A stretch of DNA of 64,000 bases from an uncultured delta proteobacterium (GCA_963850305.1 CAWKKR010000008.1:672001-736000), one strand, 5' to 3'; shown: positions 21,540 through 44,076, counted from the first letter of the stretch. A program made the numbers and translations. Notes: generated by a model from the sequence alone, not told the origin.

Positions 21540-22232
21540 TCACTGGAGGATGCGGCGCGCCTTGCGCTGCAAAACCTCGCCCTTGAAGATCCAAACTTTC
21601 ACGCCAATGACGCCATACGTGGTCCGAGCCTCCGCGAGCCCGAAGTCCACATCGGCGCGCAAGGTGTGGAGAGGCACCCGACCTTCGCGATACGTCTCCA
21701 CGCGCCCCATCTCGGCACCGCCGAGGCGGCCGGCACAACGGATACGAACGCCCTTGGCCCCGAACTTCATCGCCGTGGTGAGGGACTTCTTCATGGCGCG
21801 ACGAAACGCAATGCGGCGCTCGAGCTGCGTCGCGATGTTCTCGGCGACGAGCTGGGCGTTCGTCTCCGCCTTACGAACCTCCTGCACATCGATGAAAACC
21901 TCGTTCTTGGTGAACGATTGCACGCCCGGGAATTTCGTTTCGCCCTTGGCGGCCGTGTCGAGGTTCCCAATCTTCAGGATCTCGATGCCCTTGCCGCCCT
22001 TGCCGATCACCATGCCGGGGCGGGCGGTGTAGACGATGACCTTCACCTTGTTCGCCGCGCGCTCAATCTCCACGCTCGCCACGTTCGCGTTGTAGAGGTA
22101 GTCCTTCACGGCGCGCTTGATGCGAAGGTCTTCGTGCAGCCAGGTGCTGTATTGCTTGTCCTCGTACCATTTGCTGGTCCACGTCTTGATGACGCCGAGG
22201 CGGAAGCCATATGGATGTGTTTTCTGTCCCAT
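21540..22232 (-). CDS. rpsC: 30S ribosomal protein S3
   Basis: [30 protein letters not shown]. Confidence 0.98.
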   Translation of the reverse strand: MGQKTHPYGFRLGVIKTWTSKWYEDKQYSTWLHEDLRIKRAVKDYLYNANVASVEIERAANKVKVIVYTARPGMVIGKGGKGIEILKIGNLDTAAKGETKFPGVQSFTKNEVFIDVQEVRKAETNAQLVAENIATQLERRIAFRRAMKKSLTTAMKFGAKGVRIRCAGRLGGAEMGRVETYREGRVPLHTLRADVDFGLAEARTTYGVIGVKVWIFKGEVLQRKARRILQ

Positions 22233-22266
22233 TTCGTTTGCCTGAGTTTGTTCGGCTCGTCGGGTT

Positions 22267-22608
22267 CTAGCGCTGCTCGAGCGCGATATAGATGTGGCTC
22301 ACGCCCTTCTGGATGCGTGTCGCGCGCCCCATCGCGCGTGGGCGCCAGCGACGCATGTGCGAGTCGGGACCCTTGTCTACGGTCGCGACGCTTATAAAGA
22401 GAGCGTCGGTGTCGATCTGAGGATTCTTCTGGCGAGCGTTCGCCACCGCGCTCGCGATCAGCTTCTTCACGATCGGAGCGCCGCTCTTCGGCGTGAAGTC
22501 CAGAAGCTGAAGCGCTTCGGCAGCGTCGCGACCCCGAACGAGGTCCACGATCACTCGAGCTTTGCGCGGACTGATCCGCTGAAATCTGGCTGATGCCTTG
22601 CTTATCAT
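22267..22608 (-). CDS. rplV: 50S ribosomal protein L22
   Basis: ISPRKAR...DLVRG, SAVANA, PRAMGRA; start ATG at 22608. Confidence 0.97.
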   Translation of the reverse strand: MISKASARFQRISPRKARVIVDLVRGRDAAEALQLLDFTPKSGAPIVKKLIASAVANARQKNPQIDTDALFISVATVDKGPDSHMRRWRPRAMGRATRIQKGVSHIYIALEQR

Positions 22609-22838
22609 AGGGCAGTTTCTCCGTGTGAGACCCGCCGTCCCGTGAGGCGCGAATCGCCTCTCAATCCGACGCGGCGAGGTGCCTGAAGCCACCGACGATT
22701 CGCCGCCGCGTTCGGCTGTCGCGAGCCCAGATCGGGCCCGCGAAGAAGGGACCGGCTAACTAGCAGAGTGGTCTCAGCTAAGCAAGCAGAGGTCGAGAAG
22801 GCGCGGGGTCCGTCCGTAAAGCTGTACGGCCTTTCAGG

Positions 22839-23144
22839 CTACTTCTTTCCGGTAGTGGCGTTCTTGGTTGGACCGGCCTTCTTTTTATCCGCAGAGTGCC
22901 CGTGGAAGGTGCGCGTTGGCGCAAATTCCCCGAGCTTGTGGCCAACCATGTTCTCCGTGACGAAAACGGGTACGAATTTGCGTCCATTGTGGACCGCGAA
23001 CGTCAGCCCGACCGCTTCCGGAATGACCGTGGACCGGCGCGACCAGGTCTTGATCACCTTCTTCGCGTTCGCCGCGACCGCGTCGCCGATCTTCTTGGCG
23101 AGATGGCCGTCCACGAACGGCCCCTTCTTGATGCTTCTCGCCAT
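22839..23144 (-). CDS. rpsS: 30S ribosomal protein S19
   Basis: [31 protein letters not shown]; start ATG at 23144. Confidence 0.98.
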   Translation of the reverse strand: MARSIKKGPFVDGHLAKKIGDAVAANAKKVIKTWSRRSTVIPEAVGLTFAVHNGRKFVPVFVTENMVGHKLGEFAPTRTFHGHSADKKKAGPTKNATTGKK

Positions 23145-23146
23145 GC

Positions 23147-23977
23147 TCAGCCCTTTGCCTTCCGGTGCTTCACGATCATCGAATCCGTTCGCTTGTTGTT
23201 GCGCGTCTTCAACCCCTTGGCGAGCTGCCCCCAAGGCGAGCACGGGTGCCGGCCGCCGCTGGTTCGTCCTTCACCGCCACCCATGGGGTGATCGACGGGG
23301 TTCATCGTGACGCCGCGGTTATGAGGACGTCGCCCTAGCCACCGCGTTCGCCCTGCTTTGCCAACTTTGATGTTCTGGTGCTCTTGATTCGACACCTGAC
23401 CGACGGTGGCGCGGCACTCGATGTGCACCTTACGAACCTCTCCGCTTGGGAGCTTCACGGTTGCGTACGCGCCTTCTTTCGCCATGAGCTGCGCGGCGAC
23501 GCCCGCGGACCGCACGAGCTGTCCGCCACGACCCTTCTTCATCTCGATCCCGTGGATCATCGTTCCCACCGGGATGTGCGCGAGTTGAAGGCAGTTCCCC
23601 GGTCGGATATCCGCGGTCTTGCTCGAGATGATCGAGTCCCCGACCTTCAGACCGTCGGGGGCGAGAATGTAACGTTTCTCGCCATCCGCGTAGTTGAGGA
23701 GAGCAATCCGTGCGGTGCGGTTGGGGTCGTATTCGATCGTTGCGACAATCGCGGGCACACCGATCTTGTCGCGTCGAAAGTCGATGACGCGAAACCGCCG
23801 CTTGTGTCCGCCGCCACGGAACCGCGACGTGATGCGACCGAGTGCGTTACGTCCACCAGTGCTGGTCTTCGCTGCGAGCAGCGCCTTGTGAGGCTGATCG
23901 GTGGTTATTTCGGTGAACTCGCTCACCGTGTACTGGCGACGACCATTCGAGGTCGGCTTGTAGGCTCGAATACCCAT
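23147..23977 (-). CDS. rplB: 50S ribosomal protein L2
   Basis: [26 protein letters not shown]. Confidence 0.98.
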   Translation of the reverse strand: MGIRAYKPTSNGRRQYTVSEFTEITTDQPHKALLAAKTSTGGRNALGRITSRFRGGGHKRRFRVIDFRRDKIGVPAIVATIEYDPNRTARIALLNYADGEKRYILAPDGLKVGDSIISSKTADIRPGNCLQLAHIPVGTMIHGIEMKKGRGGQLVRSAGVAAQLMAKEGAYATVKLPSGEVRKVHIECRATVGQVSNQEHQNIKVGKAGRTRWLGRRPHNRGVTMNPVDHPMGGGEGRTSGGRHPCSPWGQLAKGLKTRNNKRTDSMIVKHRKAKG

Positions 23978-23983
23978 TTTCGA

Positions 23984-24286
23984 TTACTCCGCGGACTCCG
24001 TGAAGAACTGGATGTCGCTTCCCTCGCGGAGAGTCACGATTGCTTTCTTCCAGTTTCGTCGCTTCGCAAGACCTTTGCCCATTCGCTTCTGTTTGCCGCG
24101 CTGGACGAGCGTGTTCACGCTCGCGACTTTTACATCGAAGAGACGTTCCACAGCCGCCTTGATCTCCAACTTGTTCGCCGAGGTTGCGACCTCGAACACG
24201 ACCTGATTGCTCTCCGCCTTCAGCCGAGCGGCTTTTTCGGTGAGCGCAATGGGACGACGAATGATTTTCTCGGGTGCCGAAATCAT
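23984..24286 (-). CDS. rplW: 50S ribosomal protein L23
   Basis: TEKA, ANK.EIK.AVE.LF.VKV..VNT, WKKAIVTL. Confidence 0.97.
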   Translation of the reverse strand: MISAPEKIIRRPIALTEKAARLKAESNQVVFEVATSANKLEIKAAVERLFDVKVASVNTLVQRGKQKRMGKGLAKRRNWKKAIVTLREGSDIQFFTESAE

Positions 24287-24918
24287 GGCTTCGCCCCTTT
24301 GCAGCGAGCTTCAAGGGCCTTCGCAGCGCCCCGCGATACGACAAGGTGATCGTGCCGGAGGAGATCGTAGACGTTGACTCCCTCCGGCGGAAGAAACTGC
24401 GAATCCTCGATATTGCGAATCGAGAGTCGTAAGGTCTCGTTACCCTTGTCGTCGACGACCAGTGTCTTTCTCGGGGCCTTGAGGGCAGAGAGCACGAGCG
24501 CCAGCTTCTTCGTTTTGATCTCGCCGAGGTCGATGTTGTCGACGACGGTGAATCGCCCCTCTTTCACCAGCAGACTCAGCGCGCTACGAAGTGCGCCCAC
24601 CCGGACGCGCCGCGGAGGCCGATAGCCGTATTCACGCGGGCGTGGAGGATGCGCGCGACCACCACCGACGAAGATGGGGGCCCGGATGTCTCCATGACGC
24701 GCCCCACCAGTGCCCTTTTGCTTGTAGATCTTCGCGGTCGAGCCGCGGACCGCCGCGCGCTCCTTGGCCGCCGCCGTCCCGGCTCGCTGAGACGCGAGCT
24801 GAGCGGTGACGACCTCGTGAAAGAGATGCTCCTTCACTTCCGTCGCGAAGACGTCGTCGGCGAGCTCGATCTCTCCGACTTTTTCGCGCTTGAGATTGAA
24901 GACGTCTAGTTTCGGCAT
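24283..24918 (-). CDS. rplD: 50S ribosomal protein L4
   Basis: QKGTG.ARHG..RAP.FVGGG. Confidence 0.97.
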   Translation of the reverse strand: MPKLDVFNLKREKVGEIELADDVFATEVKEHLFHEVVTAQLASQRAGTAAAKERAAVRGSTAKIYKQKGTGGARHGDIRAPIFVGGGRAHPPRPREYGYRPPRRVRVGALRSALSLLVKEGRFTVVDNIDLGEIKTKKLALVLSALKAPRKTLVVDDKGNETLRLSIRNIEDSQFLPPEGVNVYDLLRHDHLVVSRGAAKALEARCKGAKP

Positions 24919-24928
24919 GAGTGCCTCT

Positions 24929-25240
24929 TCAGCTCTTGATTTCGACGTCGACGCCGGCTGAGAGATCCAGCTTCATCAGAGCGTCGAGGGTTTGCGGCGT
25001 GGGCTCGAGAATATCGATGAGCCGGCGATGCGTGCGCACTTCGAACTGCTCGCGCGACTTCTTGTCCACGTGCGGACCGCGCAGAACCGTGTAGCGACGG
25101 ATACCCGTCGGCAGCGGAATGGGGCCCGCGACGCGAGCCCCGGTGCGTCGCGCCGTCTCCACGATATCGCCGGTCGATTTGTCAAGGAGTTGATGATCGA
25201 ACGCCTTGAGGCGGATTCGAATCTTCGTTGTGTCGACCAT
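24929..25240 (-). CDS. rpsJ: 30S ribosomal protein S10
   Basis: [29 protein letters not shown]. Confidence 0.98.
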   Translation of the reverse strand: MVDTTKIRIRLKAFDHQLLDKSTGDIVETARRTGARVAGPIPLPTGIRRYTVLRGPHVDKKSREQFEVRTHRRLIDILEPTPQTLDALMKLDLSAGVDVEIKS

Positions 25241-25248
25241 GGTTTTTC

Positions 25249-26439
<1,191 letters not shown>

Positions 26440-26478
26440 GTTCCTCTCGATTCTGTGACGGCGCTTGGCGACCGGAGC

Positions 26479-28602
<2,124 letters not shown>

Positions 28603-28816
28603 TCGGTTCTCGGGTTCTCGCTCTGTTGAGCCTTAGTTAGACGAAACCCCCTCTGACCTCCGACTTCCCTCCATTCGGGAAGTTCCTTGTCGGTCAGAAG
28701 GGGTTCGGGGTGCATCGGTGGCGTCGCGCGAATGCGGCGCCGAGTGAGCGCAACCCGATCCTATGTCGTCTTGTTCATGAGGTTCTGAGGAGCTCCTTCG
28801 CTGAATTTGCCGTCGT

Positions 28817-29287
28817 TCACCAGCGATAGTGGGCGAACGCGCGGTTCGCTTCCGCCATGCGATGTGTGTCGTCCTTTTTCTTCACCGCGCCGCCGCGGAG
28901 CGCCGCTGCGTCGACGAACTCCGCCGCAAGGCGTTCGCGCATCGTCTTCTCACCGCGGGTCCGCGCGTGGATCACGAGCCAGCGCATGGCGAGCGCCACA
29001 CGCCGCTCCGGCCGCACTTCGACCGGAACCTGATACGTCGCGCCGCCAACCCGCCGGCTCTTCACTTCGAGCTTCGGCTTCACGTTGTCGAGGGCCTTCC
29101 GGAAGACCTCCAGCGGGTCCTCCTTGAAGCGCGCCTTGATGATGTCGAACGATCCGTAAAGGATCCCTTCAGCCGTCGACTTCTTCCCGCCGATCATCAG
29201 CGTGTTCGTGAATTTCGCGACGAGCTTGTCGCGATGGATCGGGTCAGGAAGAATTCTGCGCTTCGGTACTTCGCGTCGGCGAGACAT
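28817..29287 (-). CDS. rpsG: 30S ribosomal protein S7
   Basis: [24 protein letters not shown]. Confidence 0.98.
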   Translation of the reverse strand: MSRRREVPKRRILPDPIHRDKLVAKFTNTLMIGGKKSTAEGILYGSFDIIKARFKEDPLEVFRKALDNVKPKLEVKSRRVGGATYQVPVEVRPERRVALAMRWLVIHARTRGEKTMRERLAAEFVDAAALRGGAVKKKDDTHRMAEANRAFAHYRW

Positions 29288-29292
29288 CTACA

Positions 29293-29691
29293 TCATCCCT
29301 TCGGGCGCTTGACGCCGTACTTCGATCGCTTGCGGTTGCGATTTGCCTTGTTGGTGCTCGATGGCCCCATGGCGCCCGACGCGTCGAGCGTGCCGCGAAC
29401 GACGTGGTAGCGAACACCCGGGAGATCCTTCACACGACCGCCGCGAATGAGCACGACGCTATGCTCCTGCAAGTTGTGTCCCTCGCCCGGGATGTAACTG
29501 ATGACTTCCATTCCGTTCGTCAGACGAACGCGACAGACTTTCCGGAGCGCCGAGTTCGGCTTCTTCGGCGTCGTCGTATAGACGCGGACACACACGCCGC
29601 GCTTCTGTGGGCAGGAGCGAAGCGCCGGAGACGCGGTGCGCGTGCGAATGGCCTCGCGGCCGGTGCGGATGAGCTGCTGTATCGTCGGCAT
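29293..29691 (-). CDS. rpsL: 30S ribosomal protein S12
   Basis: [28 protein letters not shown]; start ATG at 29691. Confidence 0.98.
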   Translation of the reverse strand: MPTIQQLIRTGREAIRTRTASPALRSCPQKRGVCVRVYTTTPKKPNSALRKVCRVRLTNGMEVISYIPGEGHNLQEHSVVLIRGGRVKDLPGVRYHVVRGTLDASGAMGPSSTNKANRNRKRSKYGVKRPKG

Positions 29692-29720
29692 GAAAAGCTT
29701 TGCAGTATTCGGGGCTGGCG

Positions 29721-29748
29721 AGGTTAGCCGCGTGTCGCGCCTTGTCAA
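29721..29748 (-). promoter_or_regulatory. sigma70-type promoter of the str operon
   Basis: TTGACA-16 nt-TAACCT on the minus strand, 30 nt upstream of rpsL. Confidence 0.7.
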
Positions 29749-29836
29749 GCTCATCCCGACGCGGCAGTTGAAGGATGTTACGGAACGGACGAGCAGGATT
29801 GGGGATCGGGACGGGGAACGAAGCTTACGAACGGCG

Positions 29837-31678
29837 TCAGAGCCGTGCAGATCCGTCGAGAACCTGACGCCACAAGGCGGGCGTCAGCTTCGTGTACCCG
29901 TCGTCCTGTCTCAGAAAGACTCGACCATCCTGGGCGACGGGGTCGATCCCCTCTCGGCGCAAGCTCAGCTTCTGAATCTTGAAAGTGGCGGTCGTGCTGA
30001 GCTCGTCGATGACGCGAACGAACCTCGGCTGCGCATACGCAGGAAGCTCCTGGGCGATCCGCCAGAACTCTTCCGGATCGAACGGCTCGGTGCAAACCAC
30101 CGCGGCAAGACCGGCTTGCCCTTCCATTCCGGGCACGTGAAAGCCGCAGACGGTCGTCTCCCGAACGCCAGGAGCCCGAGACAGCACGTCAGCGACCTCT
30201 GCGGTGGAGACGTTCTCGCCCTTCCACCTGTAGGTATCGCCGATACGGTCGACGAAGAAGAAATAATCTTCGGCATCGTAACGCATGAGATCGCCCGAGC
30301 GGTAATAGCGATCTCCCGTCTCGAACACGTCGCGCACGACCTTCTTGTCCGTGGCAGCGTCGTCCGTATACCCGCGGAACTCCGAGGCCGCACTGCGCGG
30401 TTCATCGTCGAGCTTGATCAACAGCTCCCCGGGTTCATCCACCGCGCATTCGATGCAGAAACCGTCACCGTCCCGAACGTAGTCATCCACGTCGACGTCG
30501 TACCGAACGATGCGCAGATGCGAGAGCCTTCGCATGGGGACACGTCCCACCGAACCCTGCTTACCCGTCAAGTTGACGATGATGCCGGGAGCCTCCGTTG
30601 CGCCGTAGAACTCGCGGATGTCGGGGATGTCGAAACGCTTCTGAAAGGGCCCCCACACGTCCGGCCGAAGTCCGTTTCCGAGCGCCACGCGAAGCGGGTT
30701 GTTACGTTCCGCCTCGCAAGGCGGTGTGTTCACGAGATATCGACAGAGCTCACCAATATAGATCATCGCCGTCGCGTTATAGCGCTGCACGTCGTCCCAG
30801 AACGCCTTTGCACTGAATGACGACCGCATGGCCATCGGCGTTCGGGTCATGATGCACGCTCCGACGCCGAGCAGCAGCGCGTTGGAGTGATAGAGCGGGA
30901 GCACATTGTAGAGCTTGTCGCCCGGCTTGAAGCCCCAGAAAAGCGGACCGAAGCTCGCCCCGCCGACGACGGCGCGCCCATGCGAAACCTTGCAGGGCTT
31001 CGGGAGACCCGTCGTCCCGGACGTGTAGATGTACACGTAGTCGTCGTTGGCGTTCATGGGCACACGCGGGAAGGCGCGCGCCGGAGCTTCCGCGAGCCGA
31101 TCTTCGAAATCCCCATTGTTGAATACGAAGATGCGTTCTAGCTGCGGCTTCAGATCAACGCGCGAGCGAAGGGTTTCCGCACTCTTTGCTTCGACGACGG
31201 CCACCCGGGCGCCGGATGCTTTGACCGCGTGTGAGAGCGGATGCCCCTCGAGATTCGAATTGATCAGCGCGGCGGTCGCACCGACCCGGTTGATGCCGAA
31301 CAGCGTCGCGATGTAGAGCGGCGAGTTCGTGCCGAGCAACGCGACGATGTCGCCTTTCTTGACGCCATGGTTCGAGAGCACGTGCGCGATCTGCGACGTC
31401 TTGTCGTCGAGCGCACCCCACGTATACCGCTCGTCGCCCATCTCGAACGCGAGTCCGAATGGATCGACCTTCGCGTTCTCCAGGACGACCTTCAACAAAT
31501 TCGCGTCGCTCTCCCCCTTGGCGCGAAACATCCACGGCAACGTGTATCGGAGCGCATTCGGCAGAAGCCCGAATTCCGTCCTGAGCGCATCGCGGAACTC
31601 CGCGCGACCGAGGTTACGTCCTAGATCGCCGAGAGCCCCGCGAAGGTTGCCCAGATATCCGCCACCAAGTGCGCCCAC
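29837..31678 (-). CDS. Long-chain acyl-CoA synthetase, FATP/ACSVL type
   Basis: [46 protein letters not shown]. Confidence 0.93.
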   Translation of the reverse strand: MGALGGGYLGNLRGALGDLGRNLGRAEFRDALRTEFGLLPNALRYTLPWMFRAKGESDANLLKVVLENAKVDPFGLAFEMGDERYTWGALDDKTSQIAHVLSNHGVKKGDIVALLGTNSPLYIATLFGINRVGATAALINSNLEGHPLSHAVKASGARVAVVEAKSAETLRSRVDLKPQLERIFVFNNGDFEDRLAEAPARAFPRVPMNANDDYVYIYTSGTTGLPKPCKVSHGRAVVGGASFGPLFWGFKPGDKLYNVLPLYHSNALLLGVGACIMTRTPMAMRSSFSAKAFWDDVQRYNATAMIYIGELCRYLVNTPPCEAERNNPLRVALGNGLRPDVWGPFQKRFDIPDIREFYGATEAPGIIVNLTGKQGSVGRVPMRRLSHLRIVRYDVDVDDYVRDGDGFCIECAVDEPGELLIKLDDEPRSAASEFRGYTDDAATDKKVVRDVFETGDRYYRSGDLMRYDAEDYFFFVDRIGDTYRWKGENVSTAEVADVLSRAPGVRETTVCGFHVPGMEGQAGLAAVVCTEPFDPEEFWRIAQELPAYAQPRFVRVIDELSTTATFKIQKLSLRREGIDPVAQDGRVFLRQDDGYTKLTPALWRQVLDGSARL

Positions 31679-31681
31679 AGT

Positions 31682-35938
<4,257 letters not shown>

Positions 35939-35985
35939 GGGTTTCGACTCCTGTACGAAGGCTCGTTCGGTTCACGATACGGCGC

Positions 35986-40107
<4,122 letters not shown>

Positions 40108-40287
40108 CTAGCTATCTCCCAAAAACAATCATCGTGACAGAGCGCGGACAGAGACGCGCGCGCCTCACGAGTGGAACTACGCCACCCGTAAGGCACGCTT
40201 GCCGCTTACAGAACGGGTTTGTCGCCTTCGACCGAAGACGGGGCGACAAGCTTCGTGTAGGTCGAACCAAGGCCTGGTCCGTGTCCT

Positions 40288-40674
40288 TTACTTGACTTCG
40301 ACCTTCGCGCCGGCACCTTCGAGCTTCTTCTTGATCTCGGCGGCCTCGTCCTTGGATGCGCCTTCCTTGATGGGCTTCGGTGCACCTTCGACGAGGTCCT
40401 TCGCTTCTTTGAGGCCGAGATTCGTGATCTCGCGAACGGCCTTGATCACCTGGATCTTGTTCGCGCCGCCATCGGCGAGGATGACGTCGAACTCGGTCTT
40501 CTCTTCGACCGCGGCCGCGGCCGGAGCAGCTCCACCTCCCGCGCCACCGGCGACGGCGACGGGGGCCGCAGAGACGCCCCACTTGGTCTCGAGCTCCTTC
40601 ACGAGCTCTGCGATCTGGATGACGGGGAGATTGGAGAGGTAATCGACGACCTGCTCCTTGGTGACTTCAGCCAT
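40288..40674 (-). CDS. rplL: 50S ribosomal protein L7/L12
   Basis: [27 protein letters not shown]. Confidence 0.98.
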   Translation of the reverse strand: MAEVTKEQVVDYLSNLPVIQIAELVKELETKWGVSAAPVAVAGGAGGGAAPAAAAVEEKTEFDVILADGGANKIQVIKAVREITNLGLKEAKDLVEGAPKPIKEGASKDEAAEIKKKLEGAGAKVEVK

Positions 40675-40758
40675 TTTCTTCTAGCTCCTTCAACTAACTT
40701 GAAACGAATGAAAACCTAAACCGATGAGCCGATGCTCGAGCCTCGCAGAACCTGCGCA

Positions 40759-41277
40759 TCAGCCCTTTTGTTCTTTTGCCCTGAGCGCCCGGACCAGATT
40801 GCCGCCGGGAGTATTGAGCAGCATGACGAATCGCTGCGGGGCGGCGATGAGCGTCGCGAGCAGCATCGCGCGCGCCTCGTTCTTGCCGGGCATGTTCGCG
40901 AGCTGGACCTCGACCCCTTTGCCGTCGAGGACCTGCCCTTCGAGGAGCCCGGCCTTTATCTTGAGCTTCTCGTTCTCCCGGACGAAATCCCTGAGAACTT
41001 TTGCGGCCGCACTCGGCTCCTCGTAGCTCCAAGCGATTCCAGTCATGCCCCGGAGCGCAACGTCGAGCTTTCCGAGCCAGGGAGCGCCGGCGAGAGCATG
41101 ACGAACGAGCTTGTTCTTCACGACCCTGTAATCGACGCCGCGCGCCCGCAGGTTGTCCCGAAGCTTCGTCACTTCCTCGACGGTCATTCCCTGAAAGTCG
41201 ATGAAGACAGCCGAGGTCATCTTGGTGAACCGCCCCTTGAGCTCCGCGATTTGCTCTTCCTTGACGGTGCGTAGCAT
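40759..41277 (-). CDS. rplJ: 50S ribosomal protein L10
   Basis: DFQGMTV...LR, VVKNKL; between rplA and rplL; TGATG overlap with rplA. Confidence 0.96.
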   Translation of the reverse strand: MLRTVKEEQIAELKGRFTKMTSAVFIDFQGMTVEEVTKLRDNLRARGVDYRVVKNKLVRHALAGAPWLGKLDVALRGMTGIAWSYEEPSAAAKVLRDFVRENEKLKIKAGLLEGQVLDGKGVEVQLANMPGKNEARAMLLATLIAAPQRFVMLLNTPGGNLVRALRAKEQKG

Positions 41278-41987
41278 CACCCTTCCTCCTCGCGTGAGCT
41301 GAAGACTGCCGTATCGATTCGAACGCCTGGACCCATCGTGCTCGAGACGGTGATGCTGCGGAGGTAGACGCCTTTTGCCGTGGACGGCTTTCTCTGGATC
41401 AGCTCGCGAATCAGCGCGAATGCGTTCTCCGACAGCTTCTGCGGATCGAAAGAAACCCGGCCGACGCGGCAGTGAACGACGCCGGCCTTGTCGACGCGAT
41501 ATTCGACCTTACCGGCCTTCGCCTCACGCACGGCGCGAGCGACGTCCGGCGTGACCGTGCCGACCTTGGGGTTCGGCATCAAACCACGCGGGCCGAGAAC
41601 ACGCCCGAGCTTGCCCACGGTACCCATCATGTCCGGTGTCGCGATGCAGACCTCGAAGTCGAGCATGCCTTCGGTGATCTTCTTCGCGAGATCATCACCG
41701 CCCGCGTAGTCCGCTCCAGCTTCGAGAGCCTCTTTCTCTTTGTCGCCGCGAGCGAAGACCGCCACGCGGACACTCTTGCCGGTGCCATGAGGGAGCACGA
41801 GCGCGCCGCGAACCATCTGGTCAGCATGCTTCGGGTTCACGCCTAGACGGATCGCGATGTCGACGCTTTCGTCGAACTTCGCGTAAGCGGCCTTCTTGAC
41901 GAGGCCGAGAGCCTCCTCCACGCCAAACCGCTTTTCACGGTCGTATTGCGCAACCGCAACTTTTCTCTTCTTGGCAATCCTGGTCAT
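41277..41987 (-). CDS. rplA: 50S ribosomal protein L1
   Basis: [28 protein letters not shown]. Confidence 0.98.
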   Translation of the reverse strand: MTRIAKKRKVAVAQYDREKRFGVEEALGLVKKAAYAKFDESVDIAIRLGVNPKHADQMVRGALVLPHGTGKSVRVAVFARGDKEKEALEAGADYAGGDDLAKKITEGMLDFEVCIATPDMMGTVGKLGRVLGPRGLMPNPKVGTVTPDVARAVREAKAGKVEYRVDKAGVVHCRVGRVSFDPQKLSENAFALIRELIQRKPSTAKGVYLRSITVSSTMGPGVRIDTAVFSSREEEG

Positions 41988-42000
41988 TTTTTACCTTTCG

Positions 42001-42031
42001 CTGGTCCGCGGCGCCTGTCGGAGCCTCCCAG
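42001..42031 (-). promoter_or_regulatory. Putative L1-binding autoregulatory site in the rplK-rplA spacer
   Basis: Minus strand CTGGGAGGCTCC-GACA-GGCGCCGCGGACCAG: CTGG/CCAG stem with an asymmetric GGGAG loop resembling the L1 mRNA site, just before the rplA RBS. Confidence 0.65.
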
Positions 42032-42048
42032 TCGTTCGGGCCTTGGTC

Positions 42049-42498
42049 TCAACCAACCTCGATACCCATGTTCTTGGCAGTGCCGGCGATGGAGCGCGCG
42101 GCCGCCTCGAGATCTTTCGTGTTCATGTCCTGGATCTTCTCCTTCGCGACCGCGCGAACCTGATCCCAGGACAGCTTTCCGATCTTCTTCTTGTTGGGCT
42201 CGGGCGAGCCCGCACCTGGCTTCTTCGACGACGGCAGGCCGAGCGCCTTCTTGAGGAGCACACTCGCAGGTGGCGACTTCATAACGAACGTGTACGTTCG
42301 GTCTGCGTACACCGTGATCACCACGGGGATGATGGTGTCACCGAGCTTTGCGCTCCTGGCGTTGAAGTCTTTACAGAAGCCCATGATGTTCACGCCGTGC
42401 TGGCCGAGGGCCGGGCCCACTGGCGGCGAAGGGTTCGCTTTCCCAGCGGGAAGCTGCAGCTTGATGAACGCGGAGATTTTCTTCTTAGCGGCGGCCAT
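42049..42498 (-). CDS. rplK: 50S ribosomal protein L11
   Basis: [28 protein letters not shown]. Confidence 0.98.
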   Translation of the reverse strand: MAAAKKKISAFIKLQLPAGKANPSPPVGPALGQHGVNIMGFCKDFNARSAKLGDTIIPVVITVYADRTYTFVMKSPPASVLLKKALGLPSSKKPGAGSPEPNKKKIGKLSWDQVRAVAKEKIQDMNTKDLEAAARSIAGTAKNMGIEVG

Positions 42499-42507
42499 GA
42501 CTCTCTC

Positions 42508-43086
42508 TCACCGTTTCTCGACGTGGCTGAAATCCAGCTCAACGGGGGTGGGCCGTCCGAAGATCGACACCATCACCTTCAACTTGTGTTTGTCCGGCTT
42601 CACTTCCTGGACGGTCCCGGAGAAGTTCGCGAACGCGCCGACGATGACGCGAACCTCGTCACCTTCCTGGAATTGCTGGCGCGGCTTCGGCTTGACCGCG
42701 CCCTCCGTGATCCCTTTCCGCAGATCTTCGATGTGCGGCGACTTCACCTCTTGGGGCTTTTGGTTGCCGATGAAGCCGGTAACCTTGGGCGTCTCCTTGA
42801 CGAGGTGCCAGGCTTCTTCGCTCATGAACATCTCGACGAAGAGGTACCCGGGGAAGGTCGTCTTCGAGCGGACCCGGCTCTTCCCGTCCTTGTTCGGAAC
42901 CGTGACGCTCTCGGACGGAATCAGTACTTCGCCGAATCGTTCATCCATCTTGTACTGACGGATGCGCTCGCGAAGCGCCTGCTTCACCTTGTTTTCATAC
43001 CCAGAGTAAGTGGTCACCACGTACCACTTCATGCGCCGTTCGGTCTCGGCTGACTCCAGAGGACTGTTTTCGGTTTCGCTCGTCAT
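42508..43086 (-). CDS. nusG: Transcription antitermination factor NusG
   Basis: WYVV.TYSGYENKV, FPGYLFVEM, VSIFGRPTPVELDF. Confidence 0.97.
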   Translation of the reverse strand: MTSETENSPLESAETERRMKWYVVTTYSGYENKVKQALRERIRQYKMDERFGEVLIPSESVTVPNKDGKSRVRSKTTFPGYLFVEMFMSEEAWHLVKETPKVTGFIGNQKPQEVKSPHIEDLRKGITEGAVKPKPRQQFQEGDEVRVIVGAFANFSGTVQEVKPDKHKLKVMVSIFGRPTPVELDFSHVEKR

Positions 43087-43619
43087 GCGCCGTACACCAG
43101 TGTCGTAACGAAGCCCCACAACCGGTCGAGGAGGCCGATGTACACCGTCGCGAGCGCACTCGCCACGACGACCACGATGGTTCCGTTGCGGACGGTCTCT
43201 TTGCTCGGCCAGACGACCTTCGACAGCTCGACCGCGACGTCATCTGACCATTTCCGTAGGCCCGGATTTCGAGCAAGACGGATGACGGTCAGGATGCCGA
43301 GGCCGATACCGAGCACGATCGTGAGCGATGGGCGTTCGTCCTCACCGTAAAGGAGAAGCTGCGGAACTGCCCGGACCGCCGGCGGCCAGGCCGCGAGCGC
43401 ATTCCAGATCCCCGCCAGAACGCGACCGGAGACGAAGGCCACGACGATCCCGACGACGAAGAACGCCGCGTGGACGTACTTCGTCGCGCCCAGGTTCGTC
43501 GGGGATGCTTGTTCGACCGACGGAGCAGGCTCCTCCGCCACGCCGACGATCTCGGTCGGCGAAACGTCGCCCTCGCTGGGCTCGGTCGTGTCGGGTTTGG
43601 TGGTCTGTTCTTCGGACAT
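43083..43619 (-). CDS. secE: Preprotein translocase SecE (long, multi-TM form)
   Basis: ELSKVVWPSK.......TIVV motif; between tRNA-Trp and nusG. Confidence 0.93.
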   Translation of the reverse strand: MSEEQTTKPDTTEPSEGDVSPTEIVGVAEEPAPSVEQASPTNLGATKYVHAAFFVVGIVVAFVSGRVLAGIWNALAAWPPAVRAVPQLLLYGEDERPSLTIVLGIGLGILTVIRLARNPGLRKWSDDVAVELSKVVWPSKETVRNGTIVVVVASALATVYIGLLDRLWGFVTTLVYGA

Positions 43620-43669
43620 CTTATCGATTCCGTCGGGTCACATCCGCTTGCGGCGAGGAAGCAACCCGG

Positions 43670-43742
43670 CAGGGGCGGAGAGACTCGAACTCCCGACCCG
43701 CGGATTTGGAATCCGCTGCTCTACCAACTGAGCTACGCCCCT
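43670..43742 (-). tRNA. tRNA-Trp (CCA)
   Basis: Cloverleaf AGGGGCG...GCGGA-TTCCAAA-TCCGC...GTTCGAGT...CGCCCCTG; CCA tail not fully encoded. Confidence 0.97.
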
Positions 43743-43893
43743 TCGCACGGAAGTCTCGCTTGCTTCGACCTCAGGGCCACCTCGGTGCTCTCGGTGCTCG
43801 GCGCGCATTCGCACGCTTCCGCGCCTCACCCACCGATCTGACCCTGATTTCTGTGCAATCGAACCTTCCGCCGTTGGTTTTTCCTTCGTGTCT

Positions 43894-44076
43894 TTACTTT
43901 GTTTCTTCGTGGACCGTGTGGGTGTCGCAGGCTTTGCAGAATTTCTTGAGTTTCAGGGGCGGAGAGCCATCTTTTCGAGTTTTCGTCGTCTTGTAGTTGC
44001 GCCGATGGCAAACGGAGCACGCGAGCGCGATGCTGATTCTTCGATTTTCGTTCCTGATGCCCCGGCGCTGCTCCAA
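43894..44076 (-). CDS. rpmG: 50S ribosomal protein L33 (Zn type; start uncertain)
   Basis: LACSVC.RRNY.T.K...LKKFCKAC..HTVH.E.K. Confidence 0.92.
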   Translation of the reverse strand: MEQRRGIRNENRRISIALACSVCHRRNYKTTKTRKDGSPPLKLKKFCKACDTHTVHEETK

